From the NCBI GenBank assembly GCA_000320545.1, contig ADNK01003452.1, forward strand, positions 1 to 64,000: a stretch of DNA of 64,000 nt. The letters run 5' to 3'. Positions 1-13,664 of the stretch are shown here, in pieces. Under the pieces are notes generated by a model, which had not been told where the DNA came from, made no database searches, and saw only the letters and a program-made list of their open reading frames with translations. Source of the stretch: Bigelowiella natans CCMP2755 (Eukaryota; Protista; Cercozoa). Each line of letters opens with the position of its first letter. Within the stretch, counting starts at the first letter, position 1. A program made the translations under genes and the position numbers.

Positions 1-94
1 CTCTATTTCAGCGCGTTCCAAATGGGCGAGGCAGGTGATTACTGGGTTGGAAAGAGGATGGCTGTGGTAGAAGATGTATAAACTATCTATAACC

Positions 95-133
<39 letters not shown>

Positions 134-889
134 TAATATCGATTATTATTTCGCTAACCCAAACAAGAGCAACCGAGAATAATGCGCCCAGGACCTCCGC
201 TCGATGATATCCATACGAGCTGCAAGGGACAAAATCATCACATTTCGCTGTTACGACTGGCCAGCATCGTTAAGATGCGAATTACATCGAGATGAGGGTG
301 TGCAAACGCCACATGTGCAATATTCGCAGAAGCATTCAAGCGGTATATATCGAGGCAATCTCGTGGGAACGTACAATGATTCGGTGGCCCCTCGCTCCGA
401 AAGATACATTGCCGCCAATCCTGGTGGTGGTGGTGGTGGTGGTTGATGTTGTTGTTGCGTGTCATTCTTTCATTCACAAACGGCGTTCAGCAGAGAGCAG
501 TCGGTCGTTGTGCGGTTCCACTCACCAAAAACCCTCCGCCCCATCAACAGCACCCCTCATGCCAACACGTCTACGTGCCCGCACATAGACGAACATAGCA
601 CATATCCGTGAGTTAAGTTGAGGTGTTGGCGTTACCGATAAGCATTCCCGCTAAGTCAGAGAGGAGATGCGCCTAATTTGCACAACGCTTTAGCCGACAT
701 CGACGCGACGCTATGACTCTCTATTATTCTCAAAATGACATGGTGGCACTGTGGCCTTACCCCGACGAAAACGAGGAAGAGCGGTGGGAATAATAGAGAG
801 AGAGGAGAGAGGGGGGAAGGGCGAGGGAGGGAGTTAACTAGCCAGTTTCACACCGGAAAAATCCATGTGCTATATCAATACAATAAATG

Positions 890-928
<39 letters not shown>

Positions 929-1001
929 CAATAGAGGCAATATCCAACCGCATCAGTGAGAATAGCAAGACTCCCTGAAATGAGACCTACGAGTGTATTT
1001 A

Positions 1002-1034
<33 letters not shown>

Positions 1035-1925
1035 CATTGTTGCTCGGGACCAAAAGTCGTTGCGCTGCTATTTTGGAGAGCCTCCCATAGTTCCGCGCTT
1101 TCTTTTTGACATTTGTCTAATGCAGACGCACCCCCTACTATCTCGGCTATCATAAAGATTATGCACAGCGAGCAAGCCGTCATCAGCACCTGTGGTGGGG
1201 GTGGGGGGAAATTGTAGAAAACATAGGGGCAGTCTTCAATAATCGTGCGTAGCATGAATGGGATGGAAACTGCCATGGATGGATGCGGTGGGGGGATAAG
1301 TCTCGATCTGTCTTGCTGCGTCTATCATTGGAGAGTGCTGCCCTCTCTTACTCTCTCATTCTCGCTCGATGCTCGCGCGCGCTTGTGTGTGCGTGTGTGC
1401 GTGTGTGTGTGTGTGTGCGCGCGCGCGCCCGTGCGTACGAAAGGGGAAACGAACCCTTTTCTCCCTATCTCTTGTCTTTTGCAGGCTGACGTCTACTACA
1501 CCGTGATGATTGCTATGGTGCGAGGTGCTTCCTGAGCAGAATAACAAGCAAGCTGAGAGCCAATCGTTATTTCGCGTTTTGGCGTCGTGGTGTTCGACCC
1601 AGCCGGCGATAATTGTATACCTTCCTTCGTGTCTGGATTTATTTTATCCCCTCCCTCTCCATGGCCATGGCCATGCCCATGCCCATGGGAGTGATGGCCA
1701 TGGGAATGAGCTGTCGTACATGAAGCATTCAATCAAAACCCTCAAACTTAGGTAACCCCCCTTTTCCCCAACGAATTAAAGGTCATTCAGGTAATTAGAG
1801 ACGTGTTTCGGATGTGGAGAAATGGGTTGGCGTCGTCATCGTGGTGGCTACTCACCATCATTGTAGCTATCCAATGAGCTATACTTGGTTTGCTTCGAAG
1901 GGTTGAGAGGCGTATCCATTTCCAT
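1..1925 (-). CDS. Cation diffusion facilitator (ZnT/SLC30/MTP-type zinc transporter), multi-exon, 3' part beyond the window
   Basis: GT-AG exons read MEMDTPLNP..., AHSHGHHSHGHGHGHGHG (His-rich, ~1620-1710), LMTACSLCIIFMIAEIVGG (~1130-1190), AHLLSDLAGMLI (~635-672), GLAAMYLSERGATES (~372-420) and FSYGYHRAEVLGALFSVALVW (159-220). These match the CDF TM1-TM3 signature (HLLSD, SYGYHRAE). The start codon is uncertain. Confidence 0.9.
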
Positions 1926-1954
1926 TCTCCTGCGCTCTTTGGTCTGTATCTGAC

Positions 1955-2000
<46 letters not shown>

Positions 2001-2319
2001 ACCCGAATCCAACACATTGAGCGCCTAGCGGAAGTATATTTTCTGGTGTGCCCCCCCCCCTCTACCTCCAGGCTATTGGCTTGGGATGACAAGCCTCCAA
2101 GAGGAGCGAACAAGGATTTAGGGTTCGGAGAGTCTGCAAACGCCCTTCATTTTGTTGATAAAATCAAAATAATTCATGTCGTAGGTGAAAAACGACTCGA
2201 TCTGCCGATTGTGACGGAACCTGGGGCATTCATTCTTCATCCAGTCTTGGTGATCTCGTTGATGGGGGGAGGATGCGTGTGAATCAGCGCATTTCATGAT
2301 CATTTTGTGCATCCATTAG

Positions 2320-3300
2320 CCGTCCTGATGAAACACTTGTTTTTTTTTCTTTCTTCATGCTAGCATGGCCCAACTAGCCAACTGCTAGATTGACATGCAC
2401 ATGCATCGCTAGATCGATTTTCGATTCCGTGACAAACAATCATCCCTGTTGCAAATTGCTGCAGCTTGCTCGACTCAGTGCAAGACCTTTTCGGCTGAAA
2501 GTCTCAATTGTTCTCGTGTTTTTTCACTTGCGCGTGTCATTGTTTCCAGCTGAAGGACAACTTCACTCAGCAGCAGCCGCCTCATTCTGGCATTGCGTGG
2601 CGTGCAAACTCCAGAACTGCTTGCACGCACGGTGCACCAACTGGTCTAGCGGTCTGTCTAGCTAGCAGCCCAGTGCGCATGCAAAACACTAGCGCAGCAT
2701 TCACTGGATGGCAAGTGAGAGCACTGCGTGTCAACGACCACGTGTGAACGTCACTGCGTCACGCACCACTCGTTTGCTAGTTTGGACAATGTGTGCCCGC
2801 GCGCGCATGCTGTCGCGCAGCCAGCGGAAAACCTGGACCAATCTAGCTAGCTACGTGTAACTCACGTGCGTGTTGCTGCATGCTAGCATGTGTTTGTGCG
2901 CTGGTTGCACTGACTAGCTGAGAATGCAAGACTAGCAAACCCAGAGCACAAGAGACGCACAGACAAGTCGCGCGATTTGGTGACACAACACAGCACATTG
3001 TTGTAGTTGCATGCACTAGATGAAGCGCATGTGTGCGTACATGAACAAGGGCAGGTAAATGCATACATGCATCATAGACATCCATCACGCATGCGCATGG
3101 CGCAACAAATCTAGAAATCACAACCGCTGCCACCTTGATTTTGGAAGGGAAACGTCTATGAGTACCGCACAATGTGATTCTAGCAACTTAGTCGTTTAGC
3201 ATTGCAAATGCAAAATAAATAGCACTCTGGATACATTCTAGCACTTTTTTGCTTATTGTTCTTGATAAATGCAATACATGCTACAATGAGCAGCTTGCAA
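2320..3300. other. TpA-depleted / CTAG-rich island 1 (intergenic)
   Basis: Manual count for 2341-3000: 16 TpA, 14 of them within CTAG. No TpA in 2412-2645. TGCA/CATG are abundant and CpG is retained. Confidence 0.85.
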
Positions 3301-3377
3301 ATAGTAACGTACACACGCGCGTGAGCACGGCAAGATGGATGTGTATATAGGATTTAAAGTCATCCCTTGCGTCCGCA

Positions 3378-4519
3378 TCAACCCTTTCTGTCACTACTGG
3401 CGACAACCCCTTTTTCCTTCTTGCTATCGACGCCATCGTTGCCTTTCGAGTCATGTTTTTCTTCTTCTTTGTCGCTCTTCCTCACAGATGCTAAACCAGC
3501 TTCATTGGCCCTGATAGATAGTGCGATTAATCATGAGCGGAAAGGCGGAGATGGCGCGGTGCGAAATGCTGACCAAAACGAAGGAGAACAGAAATATTGT
3601 GCGTTTCGTGTGTTGTCTCGAGAGGCAAAGATGAGCAGGATAGAATCAAATGCTGTACAGTCAGAAACAATAGCAGAGAGGGATCTTCTTTGTTTGCGCA
3701 ACCGCTGCAAGACTGCCCTGTGGTAATTCAATCGTACAGGAAGGCTATAGGCGTTTGGCAGAGCGCCGCCCCTTAGAAACGTCTGTTTTCATGATATTTA
3801 TTGCTATGAATCCCAATCGTTGGTGGTGGTGCCAAGTACCAATGCAAGCCCTTGATTAAGATTGCGTTGTCGCACTGGCGGAAGTAGAAGTAAACACCCC
3901 CGATTCCACTCAATATCTGTTGTTATTGATCGTGTGCATTATATAAAGACGACGTTACTACAACGACTACGAACAGCAACTCTCTCTTTCTCTCTCGCTC
4001 TCGCTTTCCTTCTCTCTCACGTATTAGATTGCGTGTCGGAGAAGGAAAAGGAAGAAAAGTTATACGCGATTTGTCGATTCACTGGATGCATTACAATGGC
4101 GAGAATGGCGTCAACAACGGCCCTTTGAAACATCGATACTTGAGGCCTGTACGAGTATGCGTATGAGATGCATATATTGGCATGTACTTGCACATTCACC
4201 TTATTTGCATTCGAGATTACCGCATCACGTGCAATATATGACTCGCACGTTCCAAAGTGCACGGCTACTACTACTTACTACTGGCACATGCAAACGTCGA
4301 TTTGATTTGGGTTATGCAGGAGCTTACCATCGTTGCGTCGCATCGGAGAGAAGTGCCAGCACTACTTGCACGCTTAGCAGCACTGGGAAGAGGGACTCAT
4401 AGAATGAGACCGATGTCGCAACTGAAGATACGGGACAAAATGTATCAATAATCATCGCTTTATAACACAATAGGATATGATTAACATCATCATGTAATTT
4501 GATACTTGATTTCCCCTGG

Positions 4520-4565
<46 letters not shown>

Positions 4566-4795
4566 CTACTACCAACCAAAAACGTGCGAAAAGAAAACAC
4601 GGCTAACGATAATATGCACAACGCCTTTAACCCCGAGTACCGTGTTTGAAATCCCCATAGGCCTGAGCAAAATGCAGAGGCAGAAAGGAAAGACGGAGCA
4701 AGAGCGAAATGAATTATAATATAATCTACATAATGACGGGTATACATGAGCATAATCGTGCGCACAGACGCACACACGCACGCACACAAGCACAC

Positions 4796-4847
<52 letters not shown>

Positions 4848-5686
4848 CAAAACAAACGACATATTTTCTACATTCATTCAGATTCTCTCATTCTCGCCAT
4901 CGGAAAGTCTCGCTATCGCTGCTTATCGTCGTCATCGTGGTTATCCGTGTACCTTCATTGCAGCATTGAATTCATGCACGCCTTCGATCTCTGCAGCAAC
5001 AACAGTCAGATGTCACCACAACAACGCAGACGATGCACTGGCAGCAAATACGCATCGAACAACCATCGTAAAACAGAGGAAAAGGTCTCCATCAAAATCG
5101 TCGTCGCGAAGAGATCGATATCGGCATCATAGAGAAGGCAATCTCGTCGCTATAGTTTTCTCCAGTGTGCAGTTACACCGCATCAAACCACCATCCATGC
5201 ATCGAATTCCAAAACAAAGAGCGTCGTCTCACTGTGAGGTTGAGAGTCAAGACCAGTAGCCGCAATTGGGAGGGGGGGGGGGGCGAGCTGATGCTCCCAC
5301 CCAGTGCTTTAAACATCAGAAAACCAATGATGAGGGAAGTCATGGGGACTATAAATTGCACGTCACAATTGCAATACAACCCACATATCAAATAAACAAG
5401 TGTACAGCGCGCGCCCACACAGATCATACACATGCATTCGAATAGCAAAAGCAGCCCGTTCCCATTACCACCTGCACTGTGGGAAATGCAGGGATGATTT
5501 AAAAGAAAAGAAGAAGTAGTAGTATGGGCTTTTTATAAGGAGCTAGACGGTATAATCTGTGCTACATAAGAACAAACTCTTCTCCTCCTCTTCCTCCTAC
5601 CTCGATGCTTTCATGCAAAACGGATATGCCATCCAAACGATTGCAGAGAAGAGCTGAAGCACGCACGTATACACACACACACACAC

Positions 5687-5728
<42 letters not shown>

Positions 5729-5863
5729 GGGGGAGAGAGGGAAGGAGAGGTATTGGAAATGCATAAATGGAGGGGAAAGAAACGATGTCACGGTAGGAGG
5801 ATACCGTCTAAGTACCCAACCCTCCAAGTGAAGAGGGAGGTGGGGGGGATATGAAGAATTACT

Positions 5864-5915
<52 letters not shown>

Positions 5916-7138
5916 TTAGTCGAAGTAAACCAGGCTGATCAGCAAGAGCGTGATGACAGTGTATATCTGAAAACAAGCACGTTTTGCACAAGGATGAGGG
6001 GGAATTATCAGAATTGCAACGAGGAGTCACATTGACAAAGTATTGCACTAAAAATACGTCGGTACAACACCTACTACTTCCATCACTACTCCTACTACTA
6101 CTACTACTACTACTACTACAACCACTACTGCCACTGCTACTACTATTTCCTCTATGAACGTTTTGCCTTGTGACGATAACAGAATGTACAGTTGATAATA
6201 CAACAATTGCATTTAATGTCGCATCAAAACACAATCTACTCTGTGGTATGATGCATGCTCAATGATCTACAAGACCTCCCCTCCCAGCACGCCTCTCGCC
6301 TCAGGAACGATGGCCCCGCACAGGAGCATGATAAGCCAGATGGTGGAGAACAGCTGAGCCATGCAGCAAGGGTTTGATGTGAGAAGGGCATTCCAATATA
6401 TATACCCACTCGCGTATACCCTTGGTCAGGTGCGCGTGCGTGTATTTTTCACACGTCTTTCGATAGATGCATCGATATTATGTGTGTGCGTGTGTGTACG
6501 TGCTTTTGTGTGTGTGCGTTTTATCAGATTTACAGGGTGTTTCTACATTCGCGTGCAAGCGAGGCTATTTAGTCGCTCGATATATCAATCATCGATGAAA
6601 GTAGATATCAAACACGCTAGTCACCGAGATGATAGAGCTCAAAACACAGCATATCCGCAACCAGTTCCCTTGGTGCCTTTGAGGGCGCAAACGGCACACG
6701 CACAATCAAACATGTTTAAAATGGACATCGTGATGAAGCGATACGCTCGCAGTAACGACGAGTGTTTTGTTTGCCAACCTGCCTGTGCGAGTGTGCGTGT
6801 ATGGTGTATGTATGTATTGTGAGGATTTAATGTTCTCATCATGCCTTCATAATGTTCCCAAAATACCACTTTGCCATTGCATATGTAGATTTAATTTGCA
6901 ACACTACTACGAGTCTCCCTTCCTCTCTGTATATCCGTTCCCCCCCCCCCCCCCCCCCCTTTTGTCCTTCATATGCACATATCCATCACTCACTGTAAAA
7001 GAGCTGCCCCCACCGGGAAGATACCTTTGGCAATGACAAAACAACGGTTAAGTACATAAATAAGTGATTATATGAATGTAGAGTAGGGAATTTATACACT
7101 CTTCATATCACAATGTACATTATATATTGAATATATAC

Positions 7139-7170
<32 letters not shown>

Positions 7171-8244
7171 CACATATCATATGGTTATCTCACCCGCTCC
7201 AGCCTCTCTTCGCGTGATGTGGATAACAGCTGCAAAAGGCCGACGAAAACAGCATAATCAGCAACATCGTCATGACGGTATTATTAGTAATCTATATCCC
7301 ACATAAACTACAATAGAAAGATCTTCCCATCTCCCCCAACCCCTACCCCCCCCCTCTCGCAAATGAAAAATTAAGCTATTTGCAGAGAAACTGTGAAAAT
7401 AACACATACATACCCACACGCACACACACACACACACTCACTCACAAAGAGAGAGAGAGAGAGAGAGGGAGAGATAGAGAGAAAGGCTATCATGATATCA
7501 CACAGCTTTAACGTGTAATAAAAAAACACATGTGCATACATACTGCATTAATATACTAAAAGATATAGTCTTAGTCATCATTGTACCCGTTGCGAACAAG
7601 CTCACAGCAAGCGCAAGAAGAACCATGTAAGGTAGGCGAATGCCAGCAACCTAAGTTAATATTCGGTTTTTAAAAACGGCAATTCGTCCTTCAAATTGCT
7701 TGGCTGAGAGCTGCCTTCCTCCACCCTTCAAAGAGCCCCAGAGGTTCATTGGGATGCTAGGAATGCTAATTCTATGCGTGTGTAGTGCTAGTTGTGTGCG
7801 GCAAACAATCATCCTATCACACCCAACCAACGCACTCTTGTACCGCTGCTGAAGCCACAAAGAAAGCTGCAAAAACAGAGAAGAAAGAAGAAATCAGGGT
7901 TTCGGATAAAGGTGGGAGGAGGGGGGGGGGGGGGAAGGGAAGGAATAAACAAGAGGGAAAAGCATAGGTCCAAGAAAAGCCTCACGGCTTTCGATGCATG
8001 CAGTGAATACCTGGCGCTATTCGCAAAAGCTGTTGCGATGGACATCTCTATCAACCGAGAGCAGGACCAAGAGAGAGGGGGGAGGGGGGGGGGGAGATAG
8101 AGCAGAAATAACAAATGATTTTTTATGGGAAGATGAAGAAGGCATGTGTGAGGACAGTTGTGCGATTGTAGCCATGGGGTCAAAGCGGGGAGGGGGTGAA
8201 GGAGAGGGGGGCGGTGGGTTAGCTGCGTGTAGCGACTCAATGTA

Positions 8245-8275
<31 letters not shown>

Positions 8276-9631
8276 CGATGGATATATGCGGCGTTGTGTA
8301 TTTTTGGCCACATCGAGTTGTGATGTACTGCGCGGCTGGTGCGTAGCAGATTATGCCTGACCTTTTTGGCTACAAAGTAGCACTTCTCCCCCTTGTACGA
8401 AGGCCTCTTGGTAGGACGAGAGGTTGGGATGGGCGTGGGGAACGCTGTCGGGGCTGCATGGATGATTATCGGTAGTAGCGTGGAAGAATGATTAGTGCAT
8501 GGATTTCTTATTGCCATATATGCGTGTGTGTGTGTGTGTGTGTGCGTGTGTGCGTTTGTATATATGGTTACGCGTGTGCCGAAGGCATGATGATAAGTAC
8601 CTTTTGTCGGGGCCTTCGTGGGCTTCTCCGTCGGTGCTGCGGGGATGATATCAAGAAGCATCAAGACAAGTGACGTACGATAATAAGGCTATTTGTCTGT
8701 TTGGTACAGTGAGGATACGAGGTATTGAAACTCTCTGTGCGCCGCTACTGTCACTACCACTACTGCTTAACTGCTACTACTACCACGATCGTACCTCTCG
8801 TTGGGTCTTTCGTCGGTGGCTTTGTGGGGGAAGGAGTAGGGTGCTGAAGGCAAAGATAACAAAGCGCAAACCGCGTCCAATTATTAATCGAAGTAGAGTT
8901 ATATCTTATATTTGTGTAACACGAGCATCTTTGCCCTTCCCCCCCCTCCCCCTCCCCCTCCCCCCTCCTTTCCCCATCCTACACAAAACATTTCCCTTTC
9001 GCACCTACCTTGGTGGGAGCGTGCGTTGGCCAGTCTTTACCTGAGATGAGAAATATCATTGTTTTCTTCATTTGTGGCGGCGCAGGGCATCTTTTTGTGC
9101 CGTATATTCCTTCACCCACTGCAGCTATTAACCGAATCAACAACAGGCTGGTAATCGCACTTTGCTAGCTGTACAACGCACACTGGATTTACACTAATCG
9201 ACGTTCGGGGCAGGGTATTAGCAACATCGATGCTCGAGCTGCAGTTCCGAAAGAGAATTTGGTGATAAATATACTGTATTGTGTGTTGATGTGTGTGAGC
9301 AGTAGTTTGTGCTTTTTTCGAGACGCTGGACGCTATGATCAAACTCTTTAGTGTAGATATGAGATGTTTGGGAATTGGAGAGGGTATTACACACTGCAGC
9401 AGCGTGCGTTAAGTCCAAGGATCTTTATATATCACACACATCCATATCACCATCATTGTCCCATTTACCATCGCTTTCGTGTATCGTCATCATCATCATC
9501 ATCATTTATCATCATTTATCAAAGTCAATGGCCCCTTCTGTCGGCGTCTATAGTAAGAGCAGGTAACATCACACGCAAAGAACGCCACTCCATTGCATTT
9601 CTGCTCTACACGCTTGTGAATGGGAGGCAGA

Positions 9632-9678
<47 letters not shown>

Positions 9679-10142
9679 GAGGAAGTTCTCAACAACGATG
9701 AGTTGATGCAGGTGGCAATCGCCACTGCTCATCACGCCTGGACAACGCAATGAATCGTTGTTCGGTATACAACTACACGAAATGCCCAACCACCTTCTCC
9801 AGTTTGCACAGAGGTAGGAAACCTGAATCAGTAACCGCCATAAAGCGAATCGTCACATGGGCATTTATTACATATGATATTTATAATCCAATCGTCATTA
9901 TAGTCATCTCCGCCACTGAACATAAAGCAATTCCGGAACGTACCGGTGGCGCGCAGCAGTATCTGCAGGCAAACCCTGCGATGCAGTCCCGTCCACTCCC
10001 TTGAGCTGAGTGTTCAATGATACGATGATCACCACGGGAAAGGAGGGGGGGCGGGGGGGGGGGAGGGGGGAATGGGGTGCATCCAGCTTTCTCTCCATAT
10101 GATAATGGCTAATTCGCTACGTTGCAGAGATGTGATGATTGT

Positions 10143-10222
<80 letters not shown>

Positions 10223-11195
10223 TATGTATGTATGGATTATGAAATGATCATGTTAGTGGTTCGTTTGGGATTACAATTGACTGCTTGTCCAATGTGCGCA
10301 CACGAAAGGTCATGATAGGAACCTTCAGTAACACAAATATCAACAGAGAATAAGTTTCACATAAAGGCAGCATGACGAATGGTCGAAATATGGTAATGAT
10401 CAATCGTATCTTCAATACTTAGACACTGGGGAATGGTTGTGCGTGCATGTATGAATCGTATATCATCCGTGTCGTCGTTGCCGAATGATGATGTTGTAAG
10501 ATGTGTTGTAAGATGGTCAACTTTGTCGAGCGATAGGATCCCCCGGCCAGTGCCATCCTGTTGTATATATATGAGTACTTTATTATCTTGTGAGTGCATC
10601 GGAAAATGAAGGTTCAATAGGTTCAGACCCTACATCAGATTTTATCGTATTTAAACTACTTCTTCTAAGGTTACAGCTATGAATGTAAGCGTGTGTGAAT
10701 GTGTGTGTGTGTGCGTGTGTGTGTGCGTGCGTGTTTTGCGAACGCACGGCAGCAATCATTGCCCCCTGTGGCGCAATCTGGAGAGAAGTTTGCCGGTGGA
10801 GGGCCAGTGTGTACGGGTAGCCATGTTGGCGGGGCCGTCTGTTTCGTAGTATTTAATAGAAAAGGACATAATAAGCGTGATGATACGCACGCACAGATAT
10901 GAACGTATACGCACCACCCCAATTCGAAACAATACGGCTATGCTGTTTCTCAGAAGAAAACAACAACCTTTTTTTCCTTGGCGAGTACCAGTTCATCGCC
11001 CGTTACGTTTGCGACAGAAGAGAAACCAAGAGGCTCAGACTCATTGGAAAGCAGCTCTCGGGGAGGAGCATTAAGTCGAAACGATATCAATAGAATAATG
11101 AGTCCCCCCACCGTCAAACCAAGAGCAATGCCGTTCCAACTTGCCCCCTCACGCGATCGCCGTGTACGGCAGGGGATGTGAATGCTTCCATACAT
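3378..11195 (-). CDS. Uncharacterized multi-pass membrane protein with Cys-rich and PT-repeat (mucin-like) region, many exons
   Basis: Exons include an N-terminal TM (GIALGLTVGGLIILLISF), Cys-rich segments (DCATGGNDCC; RDCIAGFACRYCCAPP) and PT stalks (APTEKPTKAPTK; APTAFPTPIPTSRPTKRPS). Several hydrophobic exons follow (LPYMVLLALAVSLFAT, LFSTIWLIMLLCGAIV, LFSAIVWMAYPF, VPMTSLIIGFLMF, LKALCILSLAVFSF), then a charged last exon ending at TGA 3378-3380. Boundaries are approximate. Confidence 0.6.
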
Positions 11196-11383
11196 TCTAT
11201 GTGCTCCTCCGTCAGTAGAGAGAAAAGGGGGGACGGGCAGTTCCGGCGAGCGAACGTTTCGAATCTCTTTGTTTTCCACGAGAGTTTAGCTATCGCTACG
11301 GAGAAATCGCCTGGATTCTCGAAAATGATAAAATCCAGCGCAAATCCACGACGATTTTTAAAGCTCCGACAAGTATTTTTCAG

Positions 11384-12190
11384 TTAGAGCTTGTGTAAAA
11401 AAGGCACCCCTTCTACGACTTCTCTATTGAGTTTTCTCTTGGCTTCGTAGTCTGTCGTCGCCGAATAGTTACCAGGTGTTTTCCTGATTTATTTTTGGTA
11501 AAATTGTTGACTTCACTGGGAACTTATCATTGCGACAACGGTTGGTTTACACACATTTTCCCCCGATACTACCGGGTGAAAGGCCGTTGTTTTCTGCGAT
11601 CTGCGATGCTTCACGGCCCGTGTCTGGTGTAGCAACGTGAAGGACAAGACGCTCTCGTCCTTCACGTCTCCAAAACCCGACATGCCTGCTCGGATCACAA
11701 GAGAGTGGTCCGTTTGCGATTGTTAGAAACTGTAGGAAATGAGAAGAAAGGGGAAGAGGAACAGGAGAGAGGAGAGAGGGAGAAGCAGGATAAATAAAAA
11801 GGGGTTGGGTTTGGGTTGAGAGCCCGTGCTATTTCTTAACCTATATTGAATAGTCAACTTCTCGGGATGAAACAGCTTACTACCTGTCGTCTTTTTATAG
11901 ATTGATGAGGACCTGTGGATATTGTGATGAGTAGTCTTCACTAAAGGGGGATGAGAAACAAGAGTAGACATTGAGAAAATCAAATTCGTGAGATGCGCGC
12001 ATTCAAAAGCATTAGTCGCTGCAGTAATAATTTCATCAAGATACATGAGTGGCGTGCCGCTATAGCTCTAACCAGCTTCAACTCGTTGTGGTTGAAGCAC
12101 ATACATGTAAATACAAAGCAATGAATGATGCACTATATAGCCTACAGTGCCTTGCTAGCTTGGCGGACCTCAAAGGATTAAGCTGGATCA
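11384..12190 (-). CDS. Possible small spliced gene, unknown function
   Basis: AG-bounded open segments (FLTIANGPLSCDPSRHVGFWRREG...; KTPGNYSATTDYEAKRKLNREVVEGVPFLHKL* ending 11384). No recognisable motif. Confidence 0.25.
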
Positions 12191-12327
12191 TTAGTTTTTA
12201 CACTTTAGAATCATGCGACACTGATATCATTTGTTCAATCATGTTTAAATGTAGATTAGAGCATAAGCATGTAGCATCGAGACTTCGTTGTTTGCTTGTC
12301 ACGTGCCAACATTCAAGCAGACGCCGA

Positions 12328-13017
12328 TTAAGATTTCTTGGTGTCACTATTAGCTTTTGGCGGCTTGAACTTTCTTGCGAGTATGTAGGTTTCCACACTT
12401 TCTGACCGCGTGCCTTTTGGTTTTATGCAACGAACTACCTGGTATCTATCTCGACAACGTGACAGCACCCCATCAAACGAGCCTCCTTGAAAGATCTTTA
12501 GTAGCACAGAGCCCTTGGGCTTGATCTATCATTGCATGCATACCTCATCACGACAACATAATGAAACGCGAAGGGGATAAATCGAAAAAGTAGTTCTAAT
12601 GCTTCCAGGATAAACTACGAACCATAAAATACAAATCTCTGCAGGAAGAAACACATTCCAATTCTATTGACGGCTAGCCACTGGAGTGGACTACTCGGCG
12701 CATGATTGAGAATCAAGCCATACACGCGTTTTACAGCACCTACCAAGTCCTCCGCTAAGTCTAATGCCCGCATGCATAGATCACAAGATCGATCTGAATC
12801 AAGGCCCTGAGATAGTAGCATGTATGCAAGCAAGAGAGAGATCATAGCTTCGTCTTATTTTGTAGTTTGATTCATCTGGAGAAGGTACTCAAATGGTTCG
12901 AATTATAGAATGATATGCTTCTAAGTACAGAGAATGCATACTCTTGCCGTATTACCTTTATGCCGGACGTTTTGGGTGCCATATCGCTTATAAGCACGTC
13001 AAAGCTCTAAGATATTC

Positions 13018-13062
<45 letters not shown>

Positions 13063-13156
13063 TGATATCATATGTTTGTATATATGTATGGTATTTATTT
13101 TTTGTAAGATAATAATGTACCCCAAATATATACAAATAATGCACATAATATTTGTG

Positions 13157-13212
<56 letters not shown>

Positions 13213-13547
13213 TGTGAGTGTGTGTGTGGTAAAAAGAGAAATTGAGAAACAGAGAGAGAGAGAGAGAGAGAGAGTATACGCATGTTTGTATGCGAGTTTC
13301 TCTCTCTCTCTCCGTATGTACATATGTATGTATATTCTTTTTTTTAATATTTGATTTCCTCGTCTCCGCAGAGCCTTTCCATCCCTTCTTCTCTTCCCCT
13401 CTACCTTTCCAACGCCGTTTTCATTCGGGTCAAAGTCGTAAATATCGCCCTTGAAGACAGAAGCATAAGCAAAGACATAGTTAGAGGTACAATTATAGAG
13501 ATACTTGCACAGTATCCATATATTATATGTATTGTGCATATAATATA

Positions 13548-13585
<38 letters not shown>

Positions 13586-13627
13586 ATATTCCAATTACGA
13601 TAAAGCGGTTGTGCGTTTGTGTCCTTT

Positions 13628-13664
<37 letters not shown>

